Below, piece after piece: positions 12,621 to 24,779 of a DNA stretch of 64,000 bases; the first letter of the stretch is position 1, and each line of letters opens with the position of its first letter. A program made the translations under genes and the position numbers. This stretch comes from Chiloscyllium plagiosum (lineage: Eukaryota). The notes under the pieces were generated by a model that saw only the letters and a list, made by a program, of their open reading frames with translations, searched no databases and was not told the origin of the DNA. The stretch covers positions 13,319,979-13,383,978 of the forward strand of contig NC_057753.1 of assembly GCF_004010195.1 (NCBI RefSeq). Direction: 5' to 3'.

Positions 12621-13599
12621 ACCTGATCAGTACTAACAGATTCGTGCTTATAAGGTAACTCTCTTATCATGGTGCGGGCATGCGAATCTACTGAAAAAGG
12701 AACGGGAAAAAGACAGAAATTTGGAACTAAGTTAAATATGCAACCTATCACTAACTATCCTGACTTTCCCACATGGAAATTAATGTGCAGTCCATGGCAC
12801 TGGGATTCTTTACCATGTGTTTACTTCTTAACTAATTCTAAATAAATTTCAGATTAAAATAAAGAAAGGTTTAATCAGCTATTCACCAATCAATTACACA
12901 GAAGTCACCTTATTTTATAGGAAGGTAACCAAAATGTTTTTCTTAATTATTATTATTGAAACACAGATTTTAATTTGCTGAGAAAGTTCAGCTATTCTCA
13001 CTGTTATAATCGCTTGTAGGTTAGCTTTATCTTTATCAGCTATACTTGTTGCATTCAACACTGACTGTAATTATATAAATAAATTGACTTCAGTTTTATG
13101 ATAATTAATCTAGTCTTAATTTCTTGTTGGTTAATGTAAGGACAAGAACTACCCTTACTACTCCAGCTGTGCTCTAACTAGTGTTTACTAAAGTTCCAAT
13201 ATTACCTCCGTGGTCTTATCTTCTGGAATGATTCAAATGCCCTACTGACCTCTGTAACTAACAGTCCAGCCACCTTCACAGATTTGTGGAGGTCACTCAG
13301 AGGAAGCACTCTCTACTCCTCAGTGCCCAGCAATTATTCAGCATTTACTTTGCCCTGTTGGCCCCCTGCCCTTTTAGATTCGTTATCTCCAGAATGAATC
13401 CCATTGGCCATGTTTCTACCTGTTTGAGTCATCCATTGACATCACGCAGTCTGCAGCTTTCTTCCTCATTAACCAACACCTGACCAACATCTGTGATAGT
13501 TACAAATTTATTCATCATGGGCTCTACATCGAAGTCTAAATCCTTGATATATACCACAAAACTGTGGAATCCCATTGGAAATCAGCAGCCAGACCAGGT

Positions 13600-14748
13600 T
13601 CATTTCTGGATGCAGTTAACATCAGCAATAACAGCAGTATATAATTGCTGCTCTTGCAGGTGAAGTTGCTGGTGTCTCAGGAGGTTGTGTGATTGAGCAA
13701 ATCCTTTCCTGCACACGGAGCAGATGAATGGTCCCTCCCCATTGTGAATTTGTTGATGTTTCATCAGATTCTGTTTACTTTTAAACCTCTTCTCGCAGTC
13801 AGAGCATTGAAAGGGTCTCTCATCAGTGTGAACAAGTTGGTGTGTTGTGAGGTGGGATGACTGAGTAAATTTCTTGCCACACAACGAGCAGGTGTATGGT
13901 CTCTCCCCACTGTGAACTCGCTGGTGGATCACAAGGTCAGATGAGTCAACAAATTCCTGTTTGCAGTCAGCACACGAGAATGGCCTCTCCCCTGTGTGAA
14001 CTCGATGGTGTCTCAGCAAGTGGGATAATCGAGTGAATCCTTTCCCACAGATAGAGCAGGAGAATGGCCTCTCTCCAGTGTGGGTGTACTGGTGTTTAAG
14101 CAAATGCTTTCTGCATTTGAATTTCTTCTCACAGTCGGGACATTCAAAAGGTCTCTCATCAGTGTGAACAAATTGATGTGTCAGAAGGTAGGATGAATTA
14201 GTGAATCCCTTCCCACAAACTGAGCAGATGAACGGTCTCTCCCCAGTTAAAGCGCGTTGGTGGTTCAGTAAATCCTTTTTACTTTTAAAGCTCTTCTCAC
14301 AGTCAGAACATTTAAAAGGTCTCTCATCAGTGTGAACAAGTTGGTGTGTCAAGAGGTGGGATGACTGAGTGAACCCTTTCCCACACACTTTACAGATGAA
14401 CGGTCTCTCCCCAGTGTGACTGCGTTGATGTATCAATATATCCTTTCTGCTTTTAAAACTCTTCTCACAGTCAGAACATTTAAATGGTCTCTCATCAGAG
14501 TGAACCTGCTCGTGGGTCCGGAGGGTTGATAAAGCATTAAATCCCTGCCCACACACAGAGCAGGTGAATGGCTTCTCCCCAGTGTGAACGTGCTGGTGTG
14601 TATAGAGGCTGGATGACTGAGTGAATCCTTTCCCACACACAGTGCAGCTGAATGGCCTCTCCCCAGTGTGACTGCGTTGATGGGTTTCCAACCCTGATGG
14701 GTAACTGAATCCCTTCCCACAGTCCCCACATTTCCATGGTTTCTCCAT
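13600..14748 (-). CDS. C2H2 zinc-finger protein, 13 fingers (finger 6 degenerate), no KRAB seen
   Basis: 382-aa ORF starting [14 protein letters not shown] with tandem fingers. Finger 6 ends HQRAL, so the second His is lost. Confidence 0.93.
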   Translation of the reverse strand: MEKPWKCGDCGKGFSYPSGLETHQRSHTGERPFSCTVCGKGFTQSSSLYTHQHVHTGEKPFTCSVCGQGFNALSTLRTHEQVHSDERPFKCSDCEKSFKSRKDILIHQRSHTGERPFICKVCGKGFTQSSHLLTHQLVHTDERPFKCSDCEKSFKSKKDLLNHQRALTGERPFICSVCGKGFTNSSYLLTHQFVHTDERPFECPDCEKKFKCRKHLLKHQYTHTGERPFSCSICGKGFTRLSHLLRHHRVHTGERPFSCADCKQEFVDSSDLVIHQRVHSGERPYTCSLCGKKFTQSSHLTTHQLVHTDERPFQCSDCEKRFKSKQNLMKHQQIHNGEGPFICSVCRKGFAQSHNLLRHQQLHLQEQQLYTAVIADVNCIQK

Positions 14749-15599
14749 AGTGTCAGTGTCCTTAATTCACTCCAGGTTCAATGATTGACTGAAATTGATC
14801 TTGAAAGACAGAACACATTGATGGTCTCTCCCTGTTGTGGATGGTGTAATTATTTTTCATGCCAAGCAGCCGGTTAATGCTCTTCCCACCGTCCATTCAC
14901 TGGAACACTCTCCTTCAGGTGTGTGTGTGTGTCTCAGATCTTTTACTGTCACACTGATGTTTAAATCTTTTCTTACAGATGATGTGTCTTCAGAGGCCAA
15001 TAATATTCAGATTCTGATTAACTGAATGGCTCTGTCAGATTTTGATGTGATGCATTTTTCACCTTCTGAATACCCTGCAAAAACAGTTTAGTATGACATA
15101 TTTAAGAATATGAAAGAAAGAAAAAGGCTATACAGCCTAATTACTCTGCTGTTTTCATGTTTACCCTCCCATTTCCTTAATTTCATCGCCGTCTACTGAC
15201 TTATTTTTCTAATCCCTTCCCCCTCTCAGATTTATCTAGTTTACTTTTGAAGATCTCTCCGCTCTTTGTCGGCACTATTTCCTATAAATTGCACATTTTA
15301 GTCATTCACTGAGTAAAGAGATTTAATATGGAAGCATGCTCTACGTATTGACCCCGTCTAAAACATACAGCAGTTTAAAATGCTCAAGTCAGTTCACTGC
15401 ACAGTGTTCTTAAAAGCCCCAATCTGTTCAATCTTTCCAAAGCCTGCATTATTGTATAAACTCCATCTGTGTCAGTAGAGAAGATGCGAACAGATATACG
15501 TTTCTCTGGGATGCAACTTGCAGATTCTCCCCTTCCCTGGAACAGAAGTTTATAAAAACCAATGTCTGTCGTTCCAGCTCACTGCCATCACTCTCTGCA

Positions 15600-15880
15600 A
15601 ACCCAGGACCGGGAGCACACCTTTACTACCCCCACACACCCTGTTCACATAGGGATCAGCTCCGTCCAGCTGCTGGCTGCATCGCTCCCTCCACACGGGC
15701 CCCAGAATCCCGGACAGCGCTGCCCATGCGCCAGACACCGCGCCTGCGCACTGCGTTCCCTTTGATGTGGGATAGGTGACTCTCACCACCGCGGGGTCTG
15801 ATGGGTAACGGCACCGCCATGAACCTTTTCAAGAATGCACGCTGTCACTTGTTCTGCTTTTACGGGTCGACACGGGGCCA
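15600..15880 (-). promoter_or_regulatory. CpG-rich candidate promoter or first exon of the 13-finger gene
   Basis: Local CpG enrichment and NRF1-like GCGCCTGCGCA at about 15740, roughly 1 kb upstream of the ATG. Confidence 0.5.
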
Positions 15881-16224
15881 GAGATTCAAATAGCAAAGCA
15901 AATAGGCAAGGTAAACAAAAATCCAACTAAATGGATCACCCTTTACCCATCAGAAACGAGGAGAAAATGATTTGATGGTGCATTACTGAAACAGCAGCGG
16001 TGGTAACGGATTTGAACTGCTGGAGTCACGTGTCTCAGTGAATCACTGCCCACACACATGCCCTTTAAACTTCGCTGTAGTGTGAATCCTGTAATCTTTC
16101 ATACTCTACGTTTGTTTTAGATTTCCAGCGTTCGCAGAATTTTGCTTTAATTTGGGTCTCCTCACAAAGCTTTACTTGTCCCCAAGAGAATACAGATGTC
16201 TGTTTCTGGAGGTATCAGTTTTCT

Positions 16225-16750
16225 TGATAGAACATAGAACATAGAAAAATACAGAGTAGTATAGGCCCTTTGGCCCTCGATGTTGCGCCGATCCAAGCCC
16301 ACCTAACCTACACTAGCCCACTATCCTCCATATGCCTATCCAATGCCCGTTTAAATGCCCATAAAGAGGAAGAGTCCACCACTGCTACTGGCAGGGCATT
16401 CCATGAACTCACAACTCGCTACCCTATCTAAACCCCTAATCATCTTGTACACCTCTATCAAGTCACGCCTAAACTTTCTTTTCTCCAATGAAAACAGCCC
16501 CAAGTGCCTCAGCCTTTCCTCATACGATCTTCCTACCATACCATGTAACATCCTGGTAAACCTCCTCTGCACCCGTTCCAGTGCCTCCACATCCTTCCTA
16601 TAGTATGGCGACCAAAACTGTACACAATACTCCAGATGCGGCCGCACCAGAGTCTTATACAACTGCAACATGACCCCAGTGGACACCAAGATCCCTCTGC
16701 TCATCCACACTACCAAGTATCCGACCATTAGCCCAGTACCCCATCTTTTT
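16225..16750 (-). mobile_element. CR1/HER1 LINE 3' fragment
   Basis: [38 protein letters not shown], with a (catagaa)n tail. Confidence 0.92.
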
Positions 16751-17171
16751 GTGACTAAATGTTGTGCTTTATCACCCTACTGGCAGGTGAAATCGATCTC
16801 TGTGCCTGGATGTAGAGCCTTCTCCTATTCTTCCTGACCTGAGCAAATCCAAAGTCAGTACAGATATTGATCAATTTGAAACAAACCAGTCTTTTCAAGT
16901 AAACTGTTTCTGATTGATTCAAATGATATTTGACACAAAACCACCTACCCCACCGTGAAGAGAAAAAAATCAGTGCATGTATGATTTAACACCAGGATGG
17001 TGTGATGTCATGACTGTTACTACTCGTTTTGAAATACCACCGAAATAGTGGTATGAGTCTCATGCTTTGGAAACATTCCATTTTTAAAGGACACTCACAT
17101 GACAAACTTTCTAGGTGCTACATGGTACAGAAATATTCAACATCATCTTGGAGAAAATAATCAAGATTACC

Positions 17172-17472
17172 AGGCAGCACGGTGGCTCAGTGGTCAGCAC
17201 TGCTGTCTCCCAGTGCCAGGGACCCAGGCTTGGGTGATTGTCTGTGTGGAGTTTGCACATTCTCCCAGTGTCTGTGTGGGTTTCCTCTGGGTGCTTTGGT
17301 TTCCTCCCGCATTCCAAAGATGTGCTGGTCAGATGCATTTGCCATGCTAAATTGCCCATAGTGTTGGGTGCATTGGTCAAAGAGAAATGGGTCTGGGTGG
17401 GTTACTCTTCGGAGGGTTGGTGTGGACTTGTTGGGCCGAAAGGACTGTTTCCACACTGTAGGGAATCTAATT
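17172..17472 (+). mobile_element. HE1-like V-SINE
   Basis: Full head, V-domain and tail. Confidence 0.88.
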
Positions 17473-17729
17473 TGATTAAGAAAACCTGTCAGTTGTCTGA
17501 AATTGGGCCACCTTTGATTAAAAAATTGTCAGACACAATTTGCCAGGTTAGTTCAAAGTAATATTGACCAAATAAAATAAAGAAACAAATAGGGTTAATA
17601 CATGCAATCAATAGAACATGACTTTTATTTGAAACTTAATTTTGGGCAGCAATATTTCTACAGGGGTGACAAAAATGGTAGGAAAATATAACTAATTGGA
17701 TGTTTAAAGTTTTATCATAGAATTATTGA

Positions 17730-18075
17730 ATCTCTACAGTGTGAAAACAGGCCATTAGGACCAAGTCCACACCGACCCACTGAAGATTAATCTTCCCAAA
17801 CCCATTCCCCTATATTTACCCCTGACTAATGCACTTAACCTACACTTCCCTGAGCACTATGGGTAATTTAGTCTGGCCAATTCACCTAACCTGCAAATCT
17901 CTGGATGATGGGAGGAAACCAGAGCACCTGGAGGAATCCCATGCAGACTTGGGGAGAATGTGCAAACTCTACCCACACAGTCACCTGAGGCTGGAATTAA
18001 ACCTGGGTCCCTGGTACTGTGAGGCAGCAATGCTAACCACTGAGCCACTGTGTTGCCCATGAGCCACCATGCTGC
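17730..18075 (-). mobile_element. HE1-like V-SINE
   Basis: Full head, V-domain and tail. Confidence 0.88.
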
Positions 18076-19399
18076 CTATCCTGAAAGGAGGTGATTTACG
18101 GTAACAGATTGAATTAAGGAAAACAGAACATCACTGAATGGAAACTGGATTAGCCCACTTTGAGTCCAGTTGAACTGAAAATACTAAATGTTTTTGATGT
18201 ATGTTCTACTGAAAGAAAAGTATAGATAGGAGTAACAATTTGATGAGTTGTCATCACCCATCTGGGATAGTGGTAATACTCTAGCCCCACTACTTCTTGG
18301 ATCATCTTCATATATAAAGGTTTAATCGGAGTACTCGAAGTCTCCAATTTACCCCTCTGATGGACTCAGTTTAGCAGAAAGTACTGACCATGTTTCAGTA
18401 TGTGTTAAGAACTACAGCTTATAACAAGTAAATTATTTCTAATCATTGGCAACAAAACATGTATCACCAACACATAACTCTAATAGTTCAAACTCTGAAA
18501 CCCCCTTGGCAATTTTATACACACACACACACACCATTGAATCAATCAACAGTGTCAGCACAACTCACAATGATTACTAGTAACTTGTTTTTCCAAAGTG
18601 AAGCAACCACTTCCACAGTCCTTGATTTAAAATGGTTTATTTTCCCTCACCTTGTTGCATAATACAAATAAAGAAAACTAAAAAGATGCAGTATATTCGT
18701 ATGTTGCCTTGGATACGTTTCTACCTTTGTCTATGAACTTTTAAAGAGAACGTATATTAATAATCTGATAACTACTGAAGACATTGGGATCATGCAGGTG
18801 GGCATAAGGAGACAGACACCTTTGAGTGAGTCATTAGAAATTGCTAAGAAGGTGAAGGGAATCATTTTAAGACTAATATTTAATTGAAGAAGACATCCTT
18901 CAGTTAACCAAATGTGTTAATTAGTCACCAGTCAGAAACACATGATCAAATACGTCATGAGTGTCAATTCATGATAGTTGAAGAATTCATCAATCAGTGA
19001 TTATGTTGAATGACTGGGTTATACTTCCAACTCCATCAGCTTGTTTTAAATCCCATGCTGCAGTTTCTGAGCAAAGGAATATGTGATCTGATAAGATGGT
19101 AAGCAGTGAGTCCTCCATGGCCTCGGCCAATCTTATTTAGAACTGAATGACGATACAACAAACAGAAGGTTTATATAGGACCAGATGGAAGAGATGTATT
19201 GAAGAGTCCCATCGCTTTCCTCAACAGCACATTTACAATAATACCCAAAAGTGATTTGAATCAATTTGATAATGAAAAATAAACAACTGCTGAATTATAA
19301 TCTGCTCATTTCAGCTGCAGTAATTGCTGCTGAGAGATTAAATCTTCAATGATCCTGAAGGTCTGTAATGAGACAAATACTGGAAATCCCAAAGCAAGA

Positions 19400-20580
19400 T
19401 ATTGAACAGAAATAAAGGTGATGCTGTTACTGTGGTGCACATAGACTTCTGAATGCTGTTTGCTGCAGTGTCAAACTGGATAAAGTTAAAGCTCATAGAA
19501 TAAAAGAAACATGAGCCACACGGGCACAGAATTTGCTGAGTGATGGGAAAGACGCAGTAATTGTTAATGAATTTTCTCTTCAACCGGAAGATTTACAGTA
19601 GCGATCTGCAAACATTGGTGCCACAATGTTTGCTTTTTCTGGCATAAACGGAAATGATTTAGACCTTGATGTGCAGGGGATAACTTTATTGTTTGCCAAT
19701 GAATCAAAACCTGAAAGCAATGTAAACAGTGAGCAGGAGAGTGTAGAACTTCCAAAGTACATTGTCAAGTTGCTAGAGTGAGAGGATAACTAGTAGGTAA
19801 AGTTCAATGTGGAGAACAGTGAGGTGTTACCTTTTGGTAAAGTGCATGGAGAGACAGTTTAAAATAAAGTGCACTACTGTAAATATATCCATGAGCAGAG
19901 AGACCTGGGCACGTGTGTGCATTAGTCATTAAAAGGTTGCAGGACAGGTGGAGAGAGATGTTACCAGTATGTATGGAATCCTTGGATTTATTGATAGCGA
20001 GAGAAAGTAGAAGAACAAGGAGGTTGATGAACTTACATGGATACTAGTTTAACCTCAGCTGGAATATTAGGTATCATTTTGGATGCCACACTACAAAGAA
20101 TATGAATGCATTGGAGAGAGTACAGAAGGGATTTACAGTAATTTTTCTGGGATGTAAATCTTCAGTTATGAGGCTATTTAGGAATAGTTCCCTTGGAAAG
20201 ACGACTAAGAGGGCATTTGTCACAGGTTTTCAAAATCAATATTGTGTACAGATTGATAGCAAGAAACTGTTTGATTGTAAAAGGATCGTGAAACAAACGG
20301 CACAGTTTTAAAGTGTTTTGCAGAAGAGGTAAACATGAAGCAAACAAAACATTTTTTCCATAGTGTGTAGTTAAGGGTCTAGAATTGGAATAACTGCCTG
20401 GAAACATTGTCAAGACGGGTTCCACTGCATCACTTGAGAAGTAGTGAGTTGACAGTTAAAGAAATAATGCACAGATTTACAGGAAAAATGGAGGAGAATT
20501 ACATTAAGTATAATCATTCAGAGAGCTAATGCAGACATAATGGGACAAATGGCTTCATTCTGCACCACAACAATTCTGTT
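19400..20580 (+). mobile_element. Old degenerate CR1 LINE ORF2 fragment
   Basis: Contains ..ttcaatgtggagaacagtgaggtg.. and NALERVQKGFT; heavily mutated. Confidence 0.65.
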
Positions 20581-20658
20581 TAATAGGACTGGAGTTTATG
20601 AACATCAGAAGAAACAGACCTTGATGAACATGGTTGTGATTAACTGCAATCACTGCAG

Positions 20659-22089
20659 TTACTCATGAACTCGCTGGTGGGTCAGAAGGTTGGATGACCG
20701 AGTGAATCCTTTCCCACACTCAGAGCAGGTAAAGGGTTTCTCCCCTGTGTGAACGCGCTGGTGTCTCCGCAGGTTGGATGAATGAGTGAATCTCTTCCCA
20801 CACTTGGAGCAAGTGAATGGCCTCTCCCCAGTGTGAACTTGCTGGTGCATCATCAGGTGGGACGATCGAGTGAACCCCTTCCCACACTCAGAGCAGGTGA
20901 ATGGCCTCTCCCCAGTGTGAATCCTCCTGTGCATACTGAGTTGAGATGATTGTTTGAAGCCAGTCCCACATTGAGAACATCTAAATGGTCTCTCATCGGT
21001 GTGAACACGTTGATGTCGCATCAGCTCCCCAGAAATTTTAAAGCACTTTCCACAGTCTGGACATTCAAAAGGTCTTTCAATCATGTGAACTTGCTGGTGT
21101 GTCAGCAAGGTGGATGACTGAGTAAATCCTTTCCCACACTCCGAGCAGGTGAATGGTCTCTCCTCAGTGTGAAATCGCTGATGTTTCAGAAGATTGGCTG
21201 TCCTAGTGAATCCCTTCCCACACTCAGAGCAGGTGAATGGCCTCTCCCCAGTGTGAATGCGTTGGTGGAGAATGAGGTCAGATGATCTCCTGAATCCAGC
21301 CCCACAGTGAGAGCACCTGAACGGCCTCTCATTGGTGTGAATACGTTGATGGAGCGTAAGCTCCTGGGAACTTTTAAAACCCTTCTCACAATTAGGGCAT
21401 TTAAATGGCCTCTCATCAGTGTGAATTCGCTGGTGTCTCAGCAAGGTGGGTAAAACAATAAATCCCTTCCCACACACTGAGCAGGAGAATGGTCTCTCGC
21501 CCGTATGAATGCGCTGGTGTGCCTGAAGATGAAAGGACTGAGTGAATTTCTTCCCACACTCAGTGCAAGTGAACGGCCTCTCTCCACTGTGAGTGCGTTG
21601 GTGCACAGTGAGGGCAGAAGAATGCCTGAACCTCTTTCCACAGGAAGTGCAGCCAAACAGCTTCTCCTCAGTGTGAACTCGTTGGTGTATCTGGAGAGTG
21701 GATAACTGAGTGAAATCCTTCCCACATTTGGAGCAGGTGAATGGCTTCTCCCCAGTGTGCACTCGTTGGTGTGCCTGCAAGGTGGATAAATGAGTAAATT
21801 TCTTCCCACATGCCGAACAGGTGAATGGTTTTTCTCCATTGTGAGTACGTTGGTGCACAGTGAGAGCAGAAGAATGCCTGAACCTCTTTCCACAGGAACC
21901 GCAGCTGAACAGCTTCTCCTCAGTGTGAACCCGCTGGTGTGACCAAAGGCCAGATGACTGAGTAAATCCTTTTCCACACACAGAGCAAATAAAAGGCCTC
22001 TCTCCAGTGTGATTCCGTCGATGGTTTTCCAACAGGGATGGGTAATCAAATCCTTTACCACATTCCTCACATTTCCACGGTTTCTCCAT
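20659..22089 (-). CDS. C2H2 zinc-finger protein, 17 fingers, no KRAB seen
   Basis: Open frame 20659-22239. First ATG at 22089 ([14 protein letters not shown]) gives 476 aa with 17 intact fingers. Confidence 0.94.
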   Translation of the reverse strand: MEKPWKCEECGKGFDYPSLLENHRRNHTGERPFICSVCGKGFTQSSGLWSHQRVHTEEKLFSCGSCGKRFRHSSALTVHQRTHNGEKPFTCSACGKKFTHLSTLQAHQRVHTGEKPFTCSKCGKDFTQLSTLQIHQRVHTEEKLFGCTSCGKRFRHSSALTVHQRTHSGERPFTCTECGKKFTQSFHLQAHQRIHTGERPFSCSVCGKGFIVLPTLLRHQRIHTDERPFKCPNCEKGFKSSQELTLHQRIHTNERPFRCSHCGAGFRRSSDLILHQRIHTGERPFTCSECGKGFTRTANLLKHQRFHTEERPFTCSECGKGFTQSSTLLTHQQVHMIERPFECPDCGKCFKISGELMRHQRVHTDERPFRCSQCGTGFKQSSQLSMHRRIHTGERPFTCSECGKGFTRSSHLMMHQQVHTGERPFTCSKCGKRFTHSSNLRRHQRVHTGEKPFTCSECGKGFTRSSNLLTHQRVHE

Positions 22090-22789
22090 AACACAGGTGT
22101 CCTCGTGTCTGTCTAGGTTGTGAACGGAACACGTGGAGAGTTTCTCCCGCTTTGAATAGTGTGATGCTTTTTTTAAAGCTATGGAACTGGTTAAAGCTGT
22201 TTTCACAGTTAGTGAACTGAAACACACACACACACTCAATCTGGTACGTGTGCTTCTCTTTGTGATTTTTCACTCACAATAAATGGTTGAAATGTTATAG
22301 CCAGGGCAGCACAGGCAACCACAGACAGCAAAGCCCGAATGCAGTGACAATCATGATCTTCCTCTTCGAGCACCTTGGAAAAGATGTTTACGAAACTGAT
22401 CATCAAAAGCGGAGGAATCGGAATTCAAAACCAATAATTCCGATTTTGTGTGCAAACTCCATTGTTCCTCAAAAGTGTAAATCACCAATCCCACAAAACA
22501 CACACCCCTGCGCCAAAATCCAAAGTCCTGGGGCATTTCCCCCCCTCCCTTCTCCACGTCAATTGTATATTCAATCCAATCTCTCTCTAGCCCACCCCTT
22601 ATAATCAGCAAGATAGCTACAACATACGTCCGGCTCCACATATAATCAAGATGGTGACCATGAAAGATGATCACGTTCCGGAGAAGCAGCCTCGGGACTG
22701 GAAACGCTGGACCTGCAAGTTGTTGTTATTGGTCTTTGGGCTATTCATCGGAGCGGAGGGAGAGGCTGCAGCCCTCGGGCTCGCCTGCC

Positions 22790-23285
22790 TTCCCCACCCC
22801 CCTCCAACCAATCAGAACGCGGAAGGGGCTGACGCCTGATGTCACGCTGTGGGGGAGGGGCTGGGCAGGCTGAGCTCCCTGATTGGTTGCCCGGCGCCAG
22901 CACGGTGGAGAGCATGCGCATAGTCCCCTGCACCCACGGCCAAGATGGACGCCGCTGATCCGCCGAGCGCCTGTCGCCGGTCCAAACGTCGCGCCGGTAA
23001 GTTCCCAGCGCGCATTCAAATTATTCTTGAACGCGGTTACCAAATCTCCAGCGCACTTCCTCCGCGAACCTGAGGGGAAATCACACTCGCAATGATGTTG
23101 AAAAACGGAGCCCTCCGGGAAAAACTGCCCGTTCCGGCACTGCGCATGCTCCATTACGCCTGGTCGCGGCTGATTGACGGCGGCTCTGCACCAATAAGGA
23201 CCGGCGGGCGGGGCCTGACGCCCGAGCTGGAGTGAGTCGTCCTCCAACCAATCGGCGTGAATGAGAGGCGGGGCTGTATCCGCCC
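22790..23285. promoter_or_regulatory. CpG-rich zinc-finger gene promoter with two convergent modules
   Basis: The minus-oriented module at 23135-23277 aligns by eye with 6195-6340 (GC box, CCAAT, GC box, CCAAT, NRF1). A plus module at 22805-22950 has two CCAAT boxes, NRF1 and AAGATGG. Donors GTAAGT at 22997 (+) and GTAACC at 23040 (-). Confidence 0.7.
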
Positions 23286-23317
23286 CTGTCTCTGATTGAC
23301 ACAAGGTAAACTCAATG

Positions 23318-23780
23318 ACTGCAGATGCTGGAAACCAGATTCTGGATCAGTGGTGCTGGAAGAGCACAGCATCCAAGGAGCAGCGAAATCGACGTTTCGG
23401 GCAAAAGCCGTTTGGCCGAACTGGTCCTCCCCCTTAACAATTTCTCCTTCGAATCCTCCCACTTCCTCCAGACCAAAGGGGTAGCCATGGGCACACGTAT
23501 GGGCCCCAGCTATGCCTGTCTCTTTGTTGGCTACGTAGAGCAGTTGATCTTCCGTAATTACACCGGCACCACTCCCCACCCCTTCCTTCGCTACATTGAT
23601 GACTCATTGATGGCTGCATTGGCGCCACCTCGTGCTCCCGCACGAGGTTATCTTATAAGAAGGGCTTTTGCCCGAAACGTCGATTTCGCTGCTCCTCGGA
23701 TGCTGCCTGAACTGCTGTGCTCTTCCAGCACCACTAATCCAGAATCTGACTGACACAGTGGCTAATCTGGTTTCTCTCAA
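23318..23780 (+). mobile_element. Penelope-like retroelement fragment: RT piece between inverted pLTRs
   Basis: LAELVL.LNNFSF..QTKGVAMGTRMGPSYACLFVGYVEQ..LRYIDD is a PLE-type RT. 23330-23410 is inverted relative to 23660-23750. Confidence 0.85.
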
Positions 23781-24254
23781 ATTCCAAGAGCTTTCCCCGC
23801 CTTTTCAAATAAACAGTGACTTTGGCAGTTTTTTTTTAATCTGCTCGGACTATTCCAAAATCTTTTGGAAACTTACAAACAATGCATCCTCTGGCTGCTT
23901 GTTTTAGAATTAGCAGGAGGCTGGAAGAACACAGCAAGTCAGGCACTATCAGGAGAAGTTAACGTTTTGGGGTGTAACCCGACACACACAGAACCAAGTG
24001 GTGCCAATGATCCTCGACCCAAAGCATTGACTTCTCCTGATGCTACCTGGTTTCTAGCCTCTTGCTTGTTCACCTTGCAGGAGGTATGCGCAGTTTTATT
24101 TTGGTAAATATTTCTTTATTCCCCCAATCCCACACACACAAACACATTACTGCCTAACTGCGGTATTTTCCCCAGCACCCATGTGGTGTGTGTGTAGGTA
24201 TCACCTTTTTTTTTCTTTTTCAGTGCTCTAAACTTGCGCAGTTTTATTATAATT

Positions 24255-24533
24255 TAGATTTAGATTACTTAGTGTGGAAACGGGCCCTTCAGCCCAACAA
24301 GTCCACACCGACCCGCCGAAGCGCAACCCACCCTTACCCCTAACCTAACACTACGGGCAATTTAGCATGGCCAATTCACCTGACCTGCACGTCTTTGGAC
24401 TGTGGGAGGAAACCCACGCAGACATGGGGAGAATGTGTAAACTCCACACAGTCAGTCACCTGAGGCGGGAATTGAACCCGGGTCTCTGGCGCTGTGAGGC
24501 AGCAGTGCTAACCACTGTGCCACCGTGCTGCCC
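24255..24533 (-). mobile_element. HE1-like V-SINE
   Basis: Head, V-domain and tail. Confidence 0.88.
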
Positions 24534-24779
24534 GCTGACTCCACTCTGTCAATAAATGTCTCTTTTTTTTTTCTTCTCCAGCCACCATCAAATGTTTACT
24601 TAATGTTTGATAGAATCAACAGCTACTGTCAGTGCTACTACAACATTTAGCCCTCCATCTGGCTGCCAAGATGTCTCAGGGTGGGCTGATTGATTGAATG
24701 CCTTCCCACACTCAGAACAAATGAAAGGCTTCTCTCAGGTGTGTCGATAAGCGAACGTACTTCTATTTCTTTTTTCTAT

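Noticed and set aside
21186-22094. Alternative-frame ORFs inside zinc-finger genes (also 8591-8878 and 14433-14737)
   Set aside because: Typical shadow frames of repetitive finger arrays.
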